The notes below the pieces were generated by a model. That model did not search any database. It had not been told where the DNA came from and saw only the letters and a list, made by a program, of their open reading frames with translations. From an uncultured Clostridia bacterium (lineage in GTDB: Bacteria; Bacillota; Clostridia; TANB77; CAG-508): a DNA stretch of 46,184 nt. Both the position numbers and the translations under genes were made by a program. Where the stretch lies: the NCBI GenBank assembly GCA_944392505.1, contig CALXWU010000003.1:1-46184 (forward strand), written 5' to 3'. Below, in pieces: positions 11,300 to 23,000 of the stretch; within the stretch, counting starts at the first letter, position 1, and each line of letters begins with the position of its first letter.

Positions 11300-11339
11300 T
11301 TTTAATATGTAATTTTTCTTAGAAATCGTAAAAAAGAGG

Positions 11340-11368
11340 TTTACTACTGCTAAATATAATGATATAAT
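11340..11368 (+). promoter_or_regulatory. SigA-type promoter for rpiA
   Basis: TTTACT-17 bp-TATAAT with extended -10 TG. Confidence 0.55.
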
Positions 11369-11415
11369 GCTACATGAGAAAAAAAGACATTTTATTGTCA
11401 GATTGTGAGGCGTGT

Positions 11416-12108
11416 ATGGACTGGAAGGATAATATAATAACTAAAAATAAAATGGATAGTATAAAGAATTTTGAGGAAAAGAAATTAGTTGCTGAAAAAG
11501 TTGCTGAAAAAGTTAAAGATGGACAAGTTATTGGATTTGGATCTGGCTCTACTTCATATTTAGCTACTATTGCAATAGCAGATAAAATAAAAAGAGAAAG
11601 CATTCATATTACAGCAATTCCAACATCACTTGAGATTAAATTATTATGTGGATACCTAAAAATCCCAATAACAACCTTAAACGATAAAAAACCTGATTGG
11701 AGTTTTGACGGAGCAGATGAAGTTGATAATAATAATTGGCTTATTAAAGGTATGGGAGGAGCTTTATTTAAGGAAAAGCTAAATATTGTTAATTCTCCTA
11801 TTACATATATTTTAATAGATAAGAGTAAAAGAGTAAATAAACTAGGAGAAAAGTGTAAAGTCCCAGTAGAATGTTTCCCAGAGGCAATAAGCTATGTTAA
11901 AGAAGAACTAACGAAGATTGGGGCAACTGAAATTGAAATAAGAGAAGCTGTTTCAAAAGCAGGACCAGTGATAACTGAAAATGGAAATGTAATTCTAGAT
12001 GTGAAATTTGATAACATTACAGAAGGTTTAGAGAAGAAAATTAAGAGTATTCCTGGAGTGATTGAAAGCGGATTATTTATTAGCTATAAAGTTGAAATTA
12101 TAGAATAA
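11416..12108 (+). CDS. rpiA: Ribose-5-phosphate isomerase A
   Basis: GFGSGST, DGADEVD, IKGMGGALFKEK and TENGNVILD motifs. Start is either 11416 (after GAGG) or 11374. Confidence 0.92.
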   Translation: MDWKDNIITKNKMDSIKNFEEKKLVAEKVAEKVKDGQVIGFGSGSTSYLATIAIADKIKRESIHITAIPTSLEIKLLCGYLKIPITTLNDKKPDWSFDGADEVDNNNWLIKGMGGALFKEKLNIVNSPITYILIDKSKRVNKLGEKCKVPVECFPEAISYVKEELTKIGATEIEIREAVSKAGPVITENGNVILDVKFDNITEGLEKKIKSIPGVIESGLFISYKVEIIE

Positions 12109-12195
12109 ATGTTATAAAAAGTGTTAAACTAAAAAAATAATAAATGAAATTTAAAATAATAATAAATTTATCATAAAAAAGGAAGGAACATTAAT

Positions 12196-13339
12196 ATGTG
12201 GGGAGATATAGCAATAGCCTTTTTACTAGCTTTTATTACGACATTTGTAGTTACACCACACACAATGAGATTAGCTAAAAAAGTAGGAGCAATAGATATA
12301 CCAAATGATAGAAGAGTAAATAAAAAACCAATGCCAAGACTACGGAGGAGTGGCAGTAATTGCAGGATTTTTTGTTTCAGTAATATATTTAATAATTACA
12401 ACATCATTAGAAGGAAAAATAGACTTCTTTGGAGAGGATAGTTATTACTTAAAGTTAATAGGATTTTTTGCAGGAATTTTAGTATTAGGAATAACATGCT
12501 TTATAGATGACTCAAAAGGAATTCCAAGCTTAGTAAAACTTGCAGCACAAATAGTAGCTGCTATTATAGTAGTAGTTTGTGGTATTAGAATCGAGGATAT
12601 TTCTATTCCATTTACAGATGGTAAGATTGTGATAAGTGGAGTATTTTCGTATATAATTACAATCTGTTGGATTGTGGGAATAACTAATGCTATTAATTTA
12701 ATTGATGGACTAGATGGTTTATCATCTGGAGTGACTTTAATTTCATGTTTATCTTTATTAATGGTATTTGCATTAAATGGTTCACCATTAATTGCAATCG
12801 TACTTATTACAGCTTTAGCAGGAGCTTTAGTTGGATTTTTGCCCTTTAATTTTAGCCCAGCCAAAACCTTTATAGGAGATACTGGCTCTAATTTTATGGG
12901 ATTCGCTTTAGCTATAATTTCGATCTTGGGTGTAGCTAAAACTTATACAGCCTTAGTTTTAATCGCTCCAATAATTATCTTAGGTATGCCTATATTTGAT
13001 ACTATTTTCGCAATATTTAGAAGAATTATAAAAGGAAAGTCATTGAAAGCAGTATTCCAACCAGATAAAGGACATCTTCACCACAAATTAATGGCAAAAG
13101 GATATACACAAAAACAAGCTGTTTTAATTATGTATGGTATAACAGCAATACTTGGAATGTTTGCAGTTATTTTGCTAGAAAGTGGGATTTGGAAGGCATT
13201 ATCATTTGCATTATTAATAATTGCAATAGTTGCAATAGGATATAAGGACATGAATAAATTATTAAGTGATGATTTAAATGATGAAAAAACTACTGATGCC
13301 AATGAAATTGATAAAAAACATATTAGAAAACAAGATTAA
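12196..13339 (+). CDS. tagO: Undecaprenyl-phosphate GlcNAc-1-phosphate transferase (TagO/WecA, MraY family; 380 aa), read through a +1 shift at CGG-A 12343-12346
   Basis: DIPNDRRVNKKPMPRL-G-GVA is restored by skipping C12343. Also FIDD, NAINLIDGLDGL, FNFSPAKTFIGDTGS and DKGHLHH motifs. Confidence 0.88.
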
Positions 13340-13344
13340 ATAAT

Positions 13345-13373
13345 GGTTATAGGTAATCCGTAAAACCTAAATT
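13345..13373 (+). promoter_or_regulatory. Conserved 5'-UTR motif, copy 1 (upstream of ruvB)
   Basis: GGTTATAGGTAATCCGTAAAACCTAAAT, similar to copies at 23776 and 40155. Confidence 0.5.
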
Positions 13374-13396
13374 TACAATAAGGAATGTGAACGATA

Positions 13397-14422
13397 TTGG
13401 ATGAGGAACGTATAATTACTCCAGAACTAACAGACCTTAGTGAGGAAAAGTTTGAAAATTCATTAAGACCAAAAACTTTGTCAGAATATATAGGACAAGA
13501 TAAAGTTAAAGAAAATATGAAAGTGTATATTGAGGCAGCTAAAAAAAGGGGAGAACCACTAGACCATGTCCTTTTATATGGACCTCCAGGATTAGGAAAA
13601 ACTACACTTGCCAATATTATTTCAAATGAGATGAATTCAAATATAAAAATTACTTCAGGACCTGCTATCTCAAAACCAGGAGATTTAGCTGCGCTTCTTA
13701 CAAACTTATCTGAATTTGATGTTTTGTTTATTGATGAGATACATAGATTAAATAAAAGTGTTGAAGAAATTCTGTACCCAGCTTTAGAAGACTACACTTT
13801 AGATATCATAATCGGTAAGGGACCGAGTGCAAGATCCATAAGACTTGATTTGCCTAAATTCACATTAATAGGAGCAACTACAAAAGCAGGCTCACTTGCA
13901 ACACCACTTCGTGATAGATTTGGAATAATACATAGACTAGAGTTATATAGCACAGAGGATTTGACAACAATAATTAAGAGATCAGCCAATATTTTAGAGA
14001 TAAATATAGATAATGACTCTGCAGTAGAAATTGCAAGAAGATCAAGAGGAACGCCAAGAATTGCTAACAGATTACTAAAAAGAGTAAGAGATTATGCAGC
14101 AGTCTTAGGAGATGGAAACATAACCTTAAAGATTACTAAAATTGCATTAAACAAATTAGAAATTGACGATTTGGGTTTGGATGAAATAGATAGAAGAATC
14201 TTAGAAACATTAATTATAAAATATAGAGGTAGACCAGTAGGAATAGAAACAATTGCAACAACCTTAGGAGAAGAAGTCGATACAATTGAAGATGTGTACG
14301 AACCATACCTTATACAAATTGGCTTTATATCAAGAACTGTAAGAGGTAGAGTAGCACTACCTGCAGCTTATGAGCATATTGGCGTACCATACAATGGAGG
14401 AAATGAACAATTGTCGCTTTAG
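13397..14422 (+). CDS. ruvB: Holliday junction branch migration helicase RuvB
   Basis: [36 protein letters not shown] and [12 protein letters not shown] motifs. Confidence 0.97.
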   Translation: MDEERIITPELTDLSEEKFENSLRPKTLSEYIGQDKVKENMKVYIEAAKKRGEPLDHVLLYGPPGLGKTTLANIISNEMNSNIKITSGPAISKPGDLAALLTNLSEFDVLFIDEIHRLNKSVEEILYPALEDYTLDIIIGKGPSARSIRLDLPKFTLIGATTKAGSLATPLRDRFGIIHRLELYSTEDLTTIIKRSANILEINIDNDSAVEIARRSRGTPRIANRLLKRVRDYAAVLGDGNITLKITKIALNKLEIDDLGLDEIDRRILETLIIKYRGRPVGIETIATTLGEEVDTIEDVYEPYLIQIGFISRTVRGRVALPAAYEHIGVPYNGGNEQLSL

Positions 14423-14492
14423 TGTCGTTTTTAGGGACAGGCGTTAAAAACGAACAACATTGCGGTTTTAACGCCTGTCCCTAAAAGCGACA
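14423..14492. repeat. REP-like inverted repeat (GGGACAG family), copy 1
   Basis: 27-nt arms TGTCGTTTTTAGGGACAGGCGTTAAAA / TTTTAACGCCTGTCCCTAAAAGCGACA with one mismatch. Related copies at 32941 and 45840. Confidence 0.85.
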
Positions 14493-14526
14493 AAATAAAA
14501 TCTATAATAGAAGGGGTGTAAGATAA

Positions 14527-15495
14527 ATGAAGGTAGCAGTATTAATACCTTGCTATAATGAAGAATTGACAGTAAAAAAAGTAGTTGAAGATTTCAAAAA
14601 AGAATTGCCTGATGCTGATATTTATGTATATAACAACAATTCTACAGATAAGACTGTAGAGCTTGCGAAAGCAGCAGGAGCAATTGTGAGAAATGAATAT
14701 AAACAGGGAAAAGGCAATGTTGTGAAAAGAATGTTTGAAGATGTAGAAGCAGACATATATGTATTAGTAGATGGAGATGATACATATCCTGCTTCATCTG
14801 TGCATGATTTAATAAAACCTGTAGCAGAAGGTGTTGCAGATATGGCTGTAGGGGATAGACTTTCAAACGGAACTTATAAAAAAGAGAATAAAAGAACCTT
14901 TCACAATTTTGGCAATATTTTAGTTAGAGGTGCAATAAACCTTTCCTTTGGCTCAAAATTAAAAGATATTATGACGGGCTACAGAGCTTTTAATAAAAAA
15001 ATGGTAAAGAATTTACCAATAACAACAAAGAAATTTGAAGTAGAAACAGAAATGACTCTGCAGGCTTTAGATAAGAATTTCACTATTAAAGAAATTCCTA
15101 TAGATTATAGAGATAGACCTAAAGGAAGTAGCTCGAAATTAAATACCGTTTCAGATGGAATTAAAGTTTTAAGAGAGATTATAAGATTATTCAAGGATTA
15201 CAAACCTTTCAAATTCTTTTTATTAATAGCCGTTATTTTATTTTTACTAGGGCTTATTGTAGGGTTACCTGTAATAATTGAATTCTTTCAAACACAATAT
15301 ATCACAAAAGTTCCATCAGCAATACTTGCTACAGGATTTATTTTGTTAGCAGTAATATTTGGTCAATGTGGAGTTATTTTGGACACTTATGTAAAACGCA
15401 ATAGAGAGAGCTATAGACTAAATATTCTACGATATACTCAAATGGAAGAATGTAAGGACCTTATAAAAAACAATTGGAAAATAGATGGGAGATAA
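14527..15495 (+). CDS. GT2 polyprenol-phosphate glycosyltransferase (GtrB/DPM1-like) with two C-terminal TMs
   Basis: LIPCYNEE, NNNSTD, VDGDDTY, DIMTGYRAF and YRDRPKGS motifs. Confidence 0.9.
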   Translation: MKVAVLIPCYNEELTVKKVVEDFKKELPDADIYVYNNNSTDKTVELAKAAGAIVRNEYKQGKGNVVKRMFEDVEADIYVLVDGDDTYPASSVHDLIKPVAEGVADMAVGDRLSNGTYKKENKRTFHNFGNILVRGAINLSFGSKLKDIMTGYRAFNKKMVKNLPITTKKFEVETEMTLQALDKNFTIKEIPIDYRDRPKGSSSKLNTVSDGIKVLREIIRLFKDYKPFKFFLLIAVILFLLGLIVGLPVIIEFFQTQYITKVPSAILATGFILLAVIFGQCGVILDTYVKRNRESYRLNILRYTQMEECKDLIKNNWKIDGR

Positions 15496-15500
15496 ACGAT

Positions 15501-16866
15501 ATGAAAAAAAATATTTTAATAACTATTGCAAAATATATTTTGATTTTTGCAATTTTAATAGGAATTTATTTAGTTTTATTAACAATCACAAGTTTAATTC
15601 CTTCTTCTGTTTTAGAAGATAACGTAAGGAGAAGTTCAGAAACTCTAGTACAGGAAGGAGAAAAAGTTGTATTTAATTTAGGCTACAAAGGTGAAATTAT
15701 TTTTACATTTACTGACGCTCTTATGATAAATACGGCATATTCAGTTGATAGTAGTCATCCTTTCCAAAGTGCAATATTGGCGAGAAAGAATTATATACCG
15801 GGACAAACAAAGCTCGTTTACCGGAGACAGTCAATATAACTTAGGAGCAAATGAAAAGTATATAAATAAAGAAAATGGAGATTTATATCAAACTAAAGAG
15901 TTGTATGGTCTTATGCATGGAGATAATATCGAGGATTCATATGAATATGCGAGATATTGGCACGGATATTTAGCGGTTTTAAGACCACTTTTAACTCTAT
16001 TTGATTATTCAGCAATAAGAATTATATTACTTATTGCAACCTTAATAAGTATTGTCGCTATGATAGTATTATTATGCAGGAAAGCAAATATAATAAGCGG
16101 AATTATTTATGGAATTGGGTTACTTGCTATAAATATATTTATTGTATCAAGATCTATAAATGAAATATTAATTTTCTTGGTTGCATTTATAAGTTCAATT
16201 ATATTGCTTTTGAAAAAAGATACAAAAAAGAACATTGGAATTTTCTTTTTTGCAATAGGTTCGATTTCAAACTTCATAGACTTATTAACAGCACCATTAG
16301 TAACTTTAGGCTTTACTGCTATTACATATTTCTTGATAATTCAAAAACAAGAGGAAAAGGCAAATATAAAAGAATATATATTAGATATTTTAAAAATAGG
16401 AATATCTTGGACATTAGGTTATGGAATTACATGGATTACTAAATGGGTAATAACAGAAGTGATTTATGGAAGACCGATAATTTCCCAAGCAATTGAGCAA
16501 GCTTTATTTAGAAGTGATGTGCCAACCTACAATGGAATAGAACTATTTACACCATTCGATGTAATAACTAGAAACATGAGTTATTTGTCAAATCTGGTTA
16601 TTAGTGTAATATCAGTAATTGCGGTCATATATTTAATTGTAATTATAATTAAAAATTTTAAAAAGAAAATTAATGTAAAAGAAAATTTAAAAAAATGTTT
16701 ACCATATGCAATAATATTTTTCTTCCCAATGATATGGTATTTAGTAATAAAACAACACTCATATACACATGTATACTTTACATATAGACTTTTAGTTATA
16801 TCTATAATTTGTTTACTTGTGATAGCAACAAAGATATTTAAGGCTGAACCAGAAATAGAGGTGTAA
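15501..16866 (+). CDS. Multi-TM membrane protein (possible GT-C glycosyltransferase; 454 aa), read through a +1 shift at CGG-A 15822-15825
   Basis: Two overlapping ORFs join at CGG. N-terminal TM and FTDALM, then YARYWHGY and about 10 TMs. Follows a GT2 gene. Confidence 0.65.
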
Positions 16867-16870
16867 TTTA

Positions 16871-17467
16871 ATGAAACTTTTAATGCATACATGTTGTGCA
16901 CCATGCAGTGTGTACTGTATTGATTCACTAAGAAATGAAGGAATAGAGCCAACAGTCTACTGGTATAATCCAAATATACATCCATATATGGAATACAAAG
17001 CAAGGAGAGATTGCCTAAAAGAATATACTTTATCTATTGGGGTAAGTGCTATTTTTGAAGAAAATTATGGGTTAGATGAATTTTGCAAAAATGTTATATG
17101 TGATTTAAAAAATAGATGCGTTAATTATTGCTATAGAGTTCGTATGGAGCAAACTGCAAAATATGCTAAGGAAAATGGATATGATACTATCACAACAACA
17201 CTTTTAGTAAGTCCTTATCAAAAACATGAAGAATTAAAAGCGATTTGTGAAGAGATTGCAGAAAAGTACGGATTAACTTTTTTATACAGAGATTTTAGAA
17301 TCGGCTTTAGAGAAGGGCAAGCAAAAGCGAGAAAACTAGGATTATACATACAAAAATACTGTGGATGCATTTTTTCGGAGGAGGATAGGTATAGGGCGAA
17401 AATTGAGAAAGATATGGAAAAAAATAATAAAATTGTGTCATCAGTGGAAACGCAATATAAAAAATAA
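16871..17467 (+). CDS. queH: Epoxyqueuosine reductase QueH (DUF208)
   Basis: HTCCAPCS, YNPNIHP, RCVNYCY, TTTLLVSPYQ and QKYCGCIFS motifs. Confidence 0.92.
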   Translation: MKLLMHTCCAPCSVYCIDSLRNEGIEPTVYWYNPNIHPYMEYKARRDCLKEYTLSIGVSAIFEENYGLDEFCKNVICDLKNRCVNYCYRVRMEQTAKYAKENGYDTITTTLLVSPYQKHEELKAICEEIAEKYGLTFLYRDFRIGFREGQAKARKLGLYIQKYCGCIFSEEDRYRAKIEKDMEKNNKIVSSVETQYKK

Positions 17468-17484
17468 GGAAGTGATATTATTAT

Positions 17485-18538
17485 ATGGCTAATAAAAAAG
17501 CTGAAATTACTATTCGTTCAAGTGCAGCTGAATATCTAACTTATGTAGCAGCAGTAGGAGAAAATCCAGAATCAGTTGAAGTTAGATATGAAGATGAAAA
17601 TATATGGTTAACTCAAAAAATGCTAGCGACAGTTTATGGAGTCGATGTAAGAACAATTAATTATCACATAAAAAAAATATATGCAGATAATGAATTGGAA
17701 GAGAATTCAACTATCCGAAATTTTGAGATAGTTCAAAAAGAAGGTAGCAGAGAAGTTTCGAGAAATGTTACTCATTATAATTTGCAAATGATAATAGCTG
17801 TTGGTTTTAAAGTTAATAATGAAAGAGCAGTACAGTTTAGAAAATGGGCAAATCAAATTGTAAAAGATTACACTATAAAAGGTTGGGTAATGGATGATGA
17901 GCGTCTAAAAAATGGAGGTTCAATTTTAACAGAAAAATATTTTGAAGAACAGCTGGAACGTATAAGAGAAATAAGAATGTCAGAAAGAAAATTCTATCAA
18001 AAAATTACTGATATATATGCAACTTCCATTGATTACGATAAAAATGCAAAAGCAACAATTAGATTTTTCACTAGTGTTCAAAATAAACTTCATTATGCAG
18101 TATCACGGAAATACTGCAGCAGAAATCATATATAATAGAGCAGACCATAAAAAAGAACACATGGGATTAACATCATGGGAAGGAGCACCAAATAGTAAAA
18201 TACATAAATACGATGTTATCATTGCAAAAAATTATTTATCAGAAACGGAAATAGGTCAATTAGAAAGAATGGTATCTGCTTACTTAGATTTAGCAGAAAT
18301 GCAAGCAATGAGACATATTCCAATGACGATGGCAGATTGGGAGGAAAGATTAAATGGCTTCTTGAAATTATGGGATCATGAAGTTTTAAAAGACAACGGA
18401 AAAATTTCAGCAGAGATGGCAAAACTTCATGCAGAAACAGAATTTGAAAAATATAGAATTGTTCAAGACAAAATTTACATATCGGATTTCGATGAACTTT
18501 TATTGAATAGTAAAAAATTAAACAAGAAAGCAAAATAG
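17485..18538 (+). CDS. RhuM-family (virulence RhuM) protein (350 aa), read through a +1 shift at or next to CGG-A 18106-18109
   Basis: IWLTQK, YNLQMIIAVGFKVN, FRKWA, IREIRMSERKFYQK and QNKLHYAV, then G-NTAAEII...MGLTSW...AKNYL in the +1 frame. Confidence 0.85.
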
Positions 18539-18590
18539 TAGGAAGATAATAGAAGATTTATTAAAAATATTTTATGAAGAGGAATTTAAT

Positions 18591-18956
18591 ATGGAAAATG
18601 ATTTTTCAAAAAATTCATTTGAACAACAAAATTATAATGAAGTTATAGAGATGTTGGAAAATTTATATTTAGATTTATTTAGAACTATGCTAGATTATAA
18701 AAATGTATCATATGTTAATGAAGAAAATAATTTTGAATATTTAGATTCTTTAGTAAGGATAAATTATCCACAATTTTCACAAACTTTAATTCATCTTTCA
18801 GTGTTAAGAAATGAGCCAAATCATACATATTTAGATGTTATAAAAACATTGCTATCTACATATATTCATTTAAAAGACAGGTATAACGATTCTGAGTTCG
18901 AAAGAAAATATTTAGAATGTAATGCAAATAATGGTGAAGATGTAGTTGACGATTAA
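18591..18956 (+). CDS. Small hypothetical protein with an RX4H (RNEPNH) motif, possibly HEPN
   Basis: RBS GAGG; apparently helical 121 aa; LRNEPNH motif. Confidence 0.55.
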   Translation: MENDFSKNSFEQQNYNEVIEMLENLYLDLFRTMLDYKNVSYVNEENNFEYLDSLVRINYPQFSQTLIHLSVLRNEPNHTYLDVIKTLLSTYIHLKDRYNDSEFERKYLECNANNGEDVVDD

Positions 18957-19014
18957 GATATAGTATTTTTAGATTTTTTTAAAAATCAAAAATTTTAAAA
19001 AGAAGTAGGATAAT

Positions 19015-19962
19015 ATGAAAAAGAGATATGAAGTAATAGAAGAGCAAATTGAAAGATTAAAACAAAAGGGATTGAAATTTAAAGATGAGAATAAGGCAAG
19101 AAGAATAATTTTAAGAGAGAATCATTTTTATATTACCGAAGGGTATGAAGATGTATTTATAGACTTGAAAGAATCTACTAAAAGGTTTGAAGTATATGAA
19201 GAAGACACGTATTTTGAAGAACTATATGCAATATATAAATTTGATAGAGACTTAAAAGGATTGATTTTTGATTATATAAATATGGTGGAAAACAATGTGA
19301 AATCATATGTTTCTTATGCTTTCTCTGATGCTTATGGGAACAAAGACTATATAAAAAGGGAAAATTTCAGACCTGAGAGTAGATATGATAAAGAGTTTGA
19401 ACAGCTAGAGTCGCAAATAAACTCAAACTTAGATAGAAATTTCTTAAATCCCAAGAGTGACGTAAAAACATATCTTGATAAAAATAATTTTCTTCCGCCT
19501 TGGGTTTTGGTAAAAGTTTTTACTTTTGGAAATATAGTAAATTTCTATTTTTTAATGAAAATTGAAGAAAAACAAGAGGTAGCACAAGCCTTTAATATAA
19601 GTCCATACAGCCTTGAAGATTATTTAAAAATGTTAAATATTGTTAGAAATATTTGCGCCCACGGAGACATTTTGTTTAATATAAGACTAAACTATAGAAT
19701 TAAACTTAGAGATTGTGAATATCATAAACAACTAGGAATTAAGAAGATAAATAGTATTTATGAGTGTGGAATGAATGATCTATTTGCAATAATGATTATA
19801 TTAAAAAAATTGCTTCCAATAGAAGAGTTTGATGAAATGTTTATTAAAATAGAAAGGTTATTAAGTAATCTAAAGAAAGAATTGGATGCCTTGAGTTATG
19901 AAAATTTATTAAAAGTTATGGGATTTCCACAAAATTATGATGTGTTAAATAGTTTGAATTAA
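19015..19962 (+). CDS. Abi_2 (AbiD/AbiF-like) HEPN abortive-infection protein
   Basis: EEQIERLKQKGL, IYKFDRDLK, PPWVLVKVFTFG and VRNICAHGDILF (RX4H) motifs. Confidence 0.85.
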   Translation: MKKRYEVIEEQIERLKQKGLKFKDENKARRIILRENHFYITEGYEDVFIDLKESTKRFEVYEEDTYFEELYAIYKFDRDLKGLIFDYINMVENNVKSYVSYAFSDAYGNKDYIKRENFRPESRYDKEFEQLESQINSNLDRNFLNPKSDVKTYLDKNNFLPPWVLVKVFTFGNIVNFYFLMKIEEKQEVAQAFNISPYSLEDYLKMLNIVRNICAHGDILFNIRLNYRIKLRDCEYHKQLGIKKINSIYECGMNDLFAIMIILKKLLPIEEFDEMFIKIERLLSNLKKELDALSYENLLKVMGFPQNYDVLNSLN

Positions 19963-20040
19963 ACAATTTTACATATTGGATATGGAGATTGAGATATAAA
20001 GTTCACATTGTCATCAAAAAATATATAAAGGAGAAAATGT

Positions 20041-23000
20041 ATGCCAAAGTTTATTCAAAGTGATGAAATAATCAATATTAAAGCAACAAAGGAATTTACA
20101 GATAGAGAAGAGCCTAGAAGAGTATTCTGGGAGAAATATAATTTGATAAAAAGCCAAATGAATAATCAAGCACCTATTCAGGTATTAACATATTATGGCT
20201 TTGGTGGAATAGGTAAAACTTCGTTATTACATAAATTACTTGAAGAAGTAAATCAAAAAGAGCCCGAGTCTAAAATTGAGTTTTTAGATTTTGAGAAGTT
20301 GGTGGAATTTAATAATAATTTATTAGATATTTTAAAAGTGATAAGACAAGATTTAAAAGACAAATATAAGTTTACCTTTCCAATTTTTGACTTAGTAGTT
20401 TATGTGTATGAAACAAAAATGGGCAAAACAGCAACAAAACCAGAATTAAGTAGTATTTTTGATGATAATAAAGAGCTAGGCTTTTTGAAAGATGTAATTA
20501 GCGATATACCATTAATTGGAACATTTGCTAAGGTTATTTATTATGCAGATACGGGAAAAAATTTAATTCAAGAAAGATTACGTAATCATAAATTGCGTCA
20601 GAGACTATTGGAAATTGAGAATACTTCAGTAGAAGACATAAAAGAACATTTGGCATACTATTTTTCTATAGACTTGGTAGAAAACTTGAAAAATGAGAAA
20701 AGACCATTTGTATTTTTCATAGATACATATGAAAAGCTAGTAAATGAATTAACACAAATAGGAGATCCTTTAAAAAATGATTTATGGTTAAGGTCTGATG
20801 AGGGATTAATTTGTAGAGTTCCAAATGTAATTTGGGTAATAGCTGGAAGAGAAAAATTAAAATGGCAGGACTTAGACGAAAGTTGGGACGGTACATTAGA
20901 GCAACATTTATTGGGAACACTTTCATTTCAAGACACATCAAGCTTTCTAAAAACAGCAGGTATAGAACAAGATGAATTGATTAAGCAAATTTTCAACTTA
21001 ACACATGGAACACCTATGTATTTAGACATGTGTGTTGATACTTATGTGAAATTAAAGGAACAAGGGAAAAATCCTACAATTGAAGATTTTGGAGGAGATA
21101 CCACCAAATTAGTAAATAGATTTTTAATGTATATGAAAGATGCGGAAAGAGATTTTTCAACAATGCTTGCTTATGTACCAGAGTGGACGGATGAAACAAT
21201 AGAAGAAATTTCAATGAAAATGAATGGAACTTTTTCATATTCTCTTTATGAAAAAGTAAAAAACTTTTCTTTTGTGGTAAATGAGAATGGAAAATACAAA
21301 ATGCATGAATCTATTAAAGATATTATAATTGCGAATACTCCAGAAATATTGAGGACTAAGTATCAAAAGATTTTACAAGAAAATGAGAATAGTAAACTTG
21401 AGAAAATAGTTGAGGACGAAGAAAGAAGGGCAGAAGAGCGATTAAAGGGAGATAAAATAAGCATAGAGGGAAAATCTAAAGACAAAACAGAAGGAGAGAA
21501 AAATCAAGAAGGGAAAATTGGAACAGAAGGATTAAAAGACCAAAAAGGAGAATCTGAGGGAACAGAAAGCATAGAAGAATCTATCATACAGAAAATTCCT
21601 AATTTAGACAGATACGAATCTAAAAAGGCTTACAAGCAATTAATTGAGAATTTAAGAAGAAAACTTATTGATGAAAAAGATGAAGAGCAATTTAATGTGA
21701 CGGCAAAATTTTTGTTAGAAAAATTAAATGAATACGAAGAAAAATTTAATGAAACAATAGAATTAAAAGACATGTATTTTACGAAATTTAAAGAAAATAA
21801 ATACTTTAAGTTACTCCAAGTATACCAAGGAGATAGAGTATCAATAGATTATAATACGGATAAATTAATAGCAAATTATAAGAATTGGGTTAAACAATAT
21901 GGAGAAAATGATAAATGGGCATTGTTTGAAATCAAACACCTTTTGAGATGGAACACATATCCAATAAACAGTGTGGAGAAAGTAAAGCCACTATTTGAGC
22001 TTGTATCTTCAAAATTGGGGAAAGATAATTTGTATTATATTTCTTTGTGTGCATTATGTTTATATAACAACGAAGGTAAACAGCAAGAATTTATAGAGAG
22101 AATAAGAGCATATTCATACAATCATGAACCTGATAGATTCTATATGAGGCTTATCTTAAATGCTTCAAATAGCAATAATCTTGAAGGATGCTTGATGGAA
22201 AAATATAATGATTGGGGTTCAACTTTCTTTACATATTATGAGGAAAAATATGAAAAAGAAGTTAATAAAGAGGCAATTTATAACTTTAACATTGCAATAA
22301 AAACTTTAAAAGATAATCCAAATTTGCTGGATGAAAGAGCCTTGGAATTAATAGGGGATACTTATGAGTCTTTTTCACGATTCGGCGAAAATCCGTTAAT
22401 TAACATTGCCTTTGAATATATATATGGAGTTAGATATATTGCACTAAGTACCAGCAATCAGGAAATTATTGATAAGTTTTTAAATATATTTAAAGCCTTT
22501 TTAGGAGGCGAAAATAACAGGAAAGAGTCAATTGTTCAAGATAAGAACATAATAAACAAAGTAATAGACTTTATGAAAGAGCTAAAAGAACATTATATTG
22601 ATTTATATGGAAAAGATCATTATAATGTAAATGAAATCGAAGATTATATTGATAAATTTGAAAAACTCACTCCAGAAACTTTTGAAAAACGTATTCAGAG
22701 TAGAATAAATCGTTATGGTATCAACGATGAAAGAACAATAAGAACTTTTTATACATACATTAAAGAAATACAAAATCAAGCACCTAAAAGAGATGAGCAT
22801 TTTGAGGCTATAAAAATAGACACAGGATATTTTGATTTTATATTTAATTTTACTAAAGAGCTTTTGTTAAATTGTGAAGATACTGAGAAAATGCATGATT
22901 TAGTTGATGAAGTTCAGAAGTGCTTAAATTGTATATCTAGTGAAAGATATTATAATTGTATTTTAGAAATAGACAAAATACTTCTTGACTCATATAAGGA

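Noticed and set aside
11488-11514. 12-nt tandem repeat GTTGCTGAAAAA in rpiA
   Set aside because: In-frame two-copy duplication in a helix (VAEKVAEKV) with no sign of function.
14411-14492. CRISPR array or Xer dif site
   Set aside because: There is no regular repeat-spacer periodicity, no cas genes and no dif consensus.
16871-17467. queH as the cause of the CGG recoding
   Set aside because: Queuosine modifies GUN-anticodon tRNAs (Tyr, His, Asn, Asp), not Arg or Gly tRNAs. Its position between two shifted genes is probably coincidental.
21421-21580. Imperfect E/K/G-rich repeats in the STAND NTPase
   Set aside because: Low-complexity linker, not a separate element.
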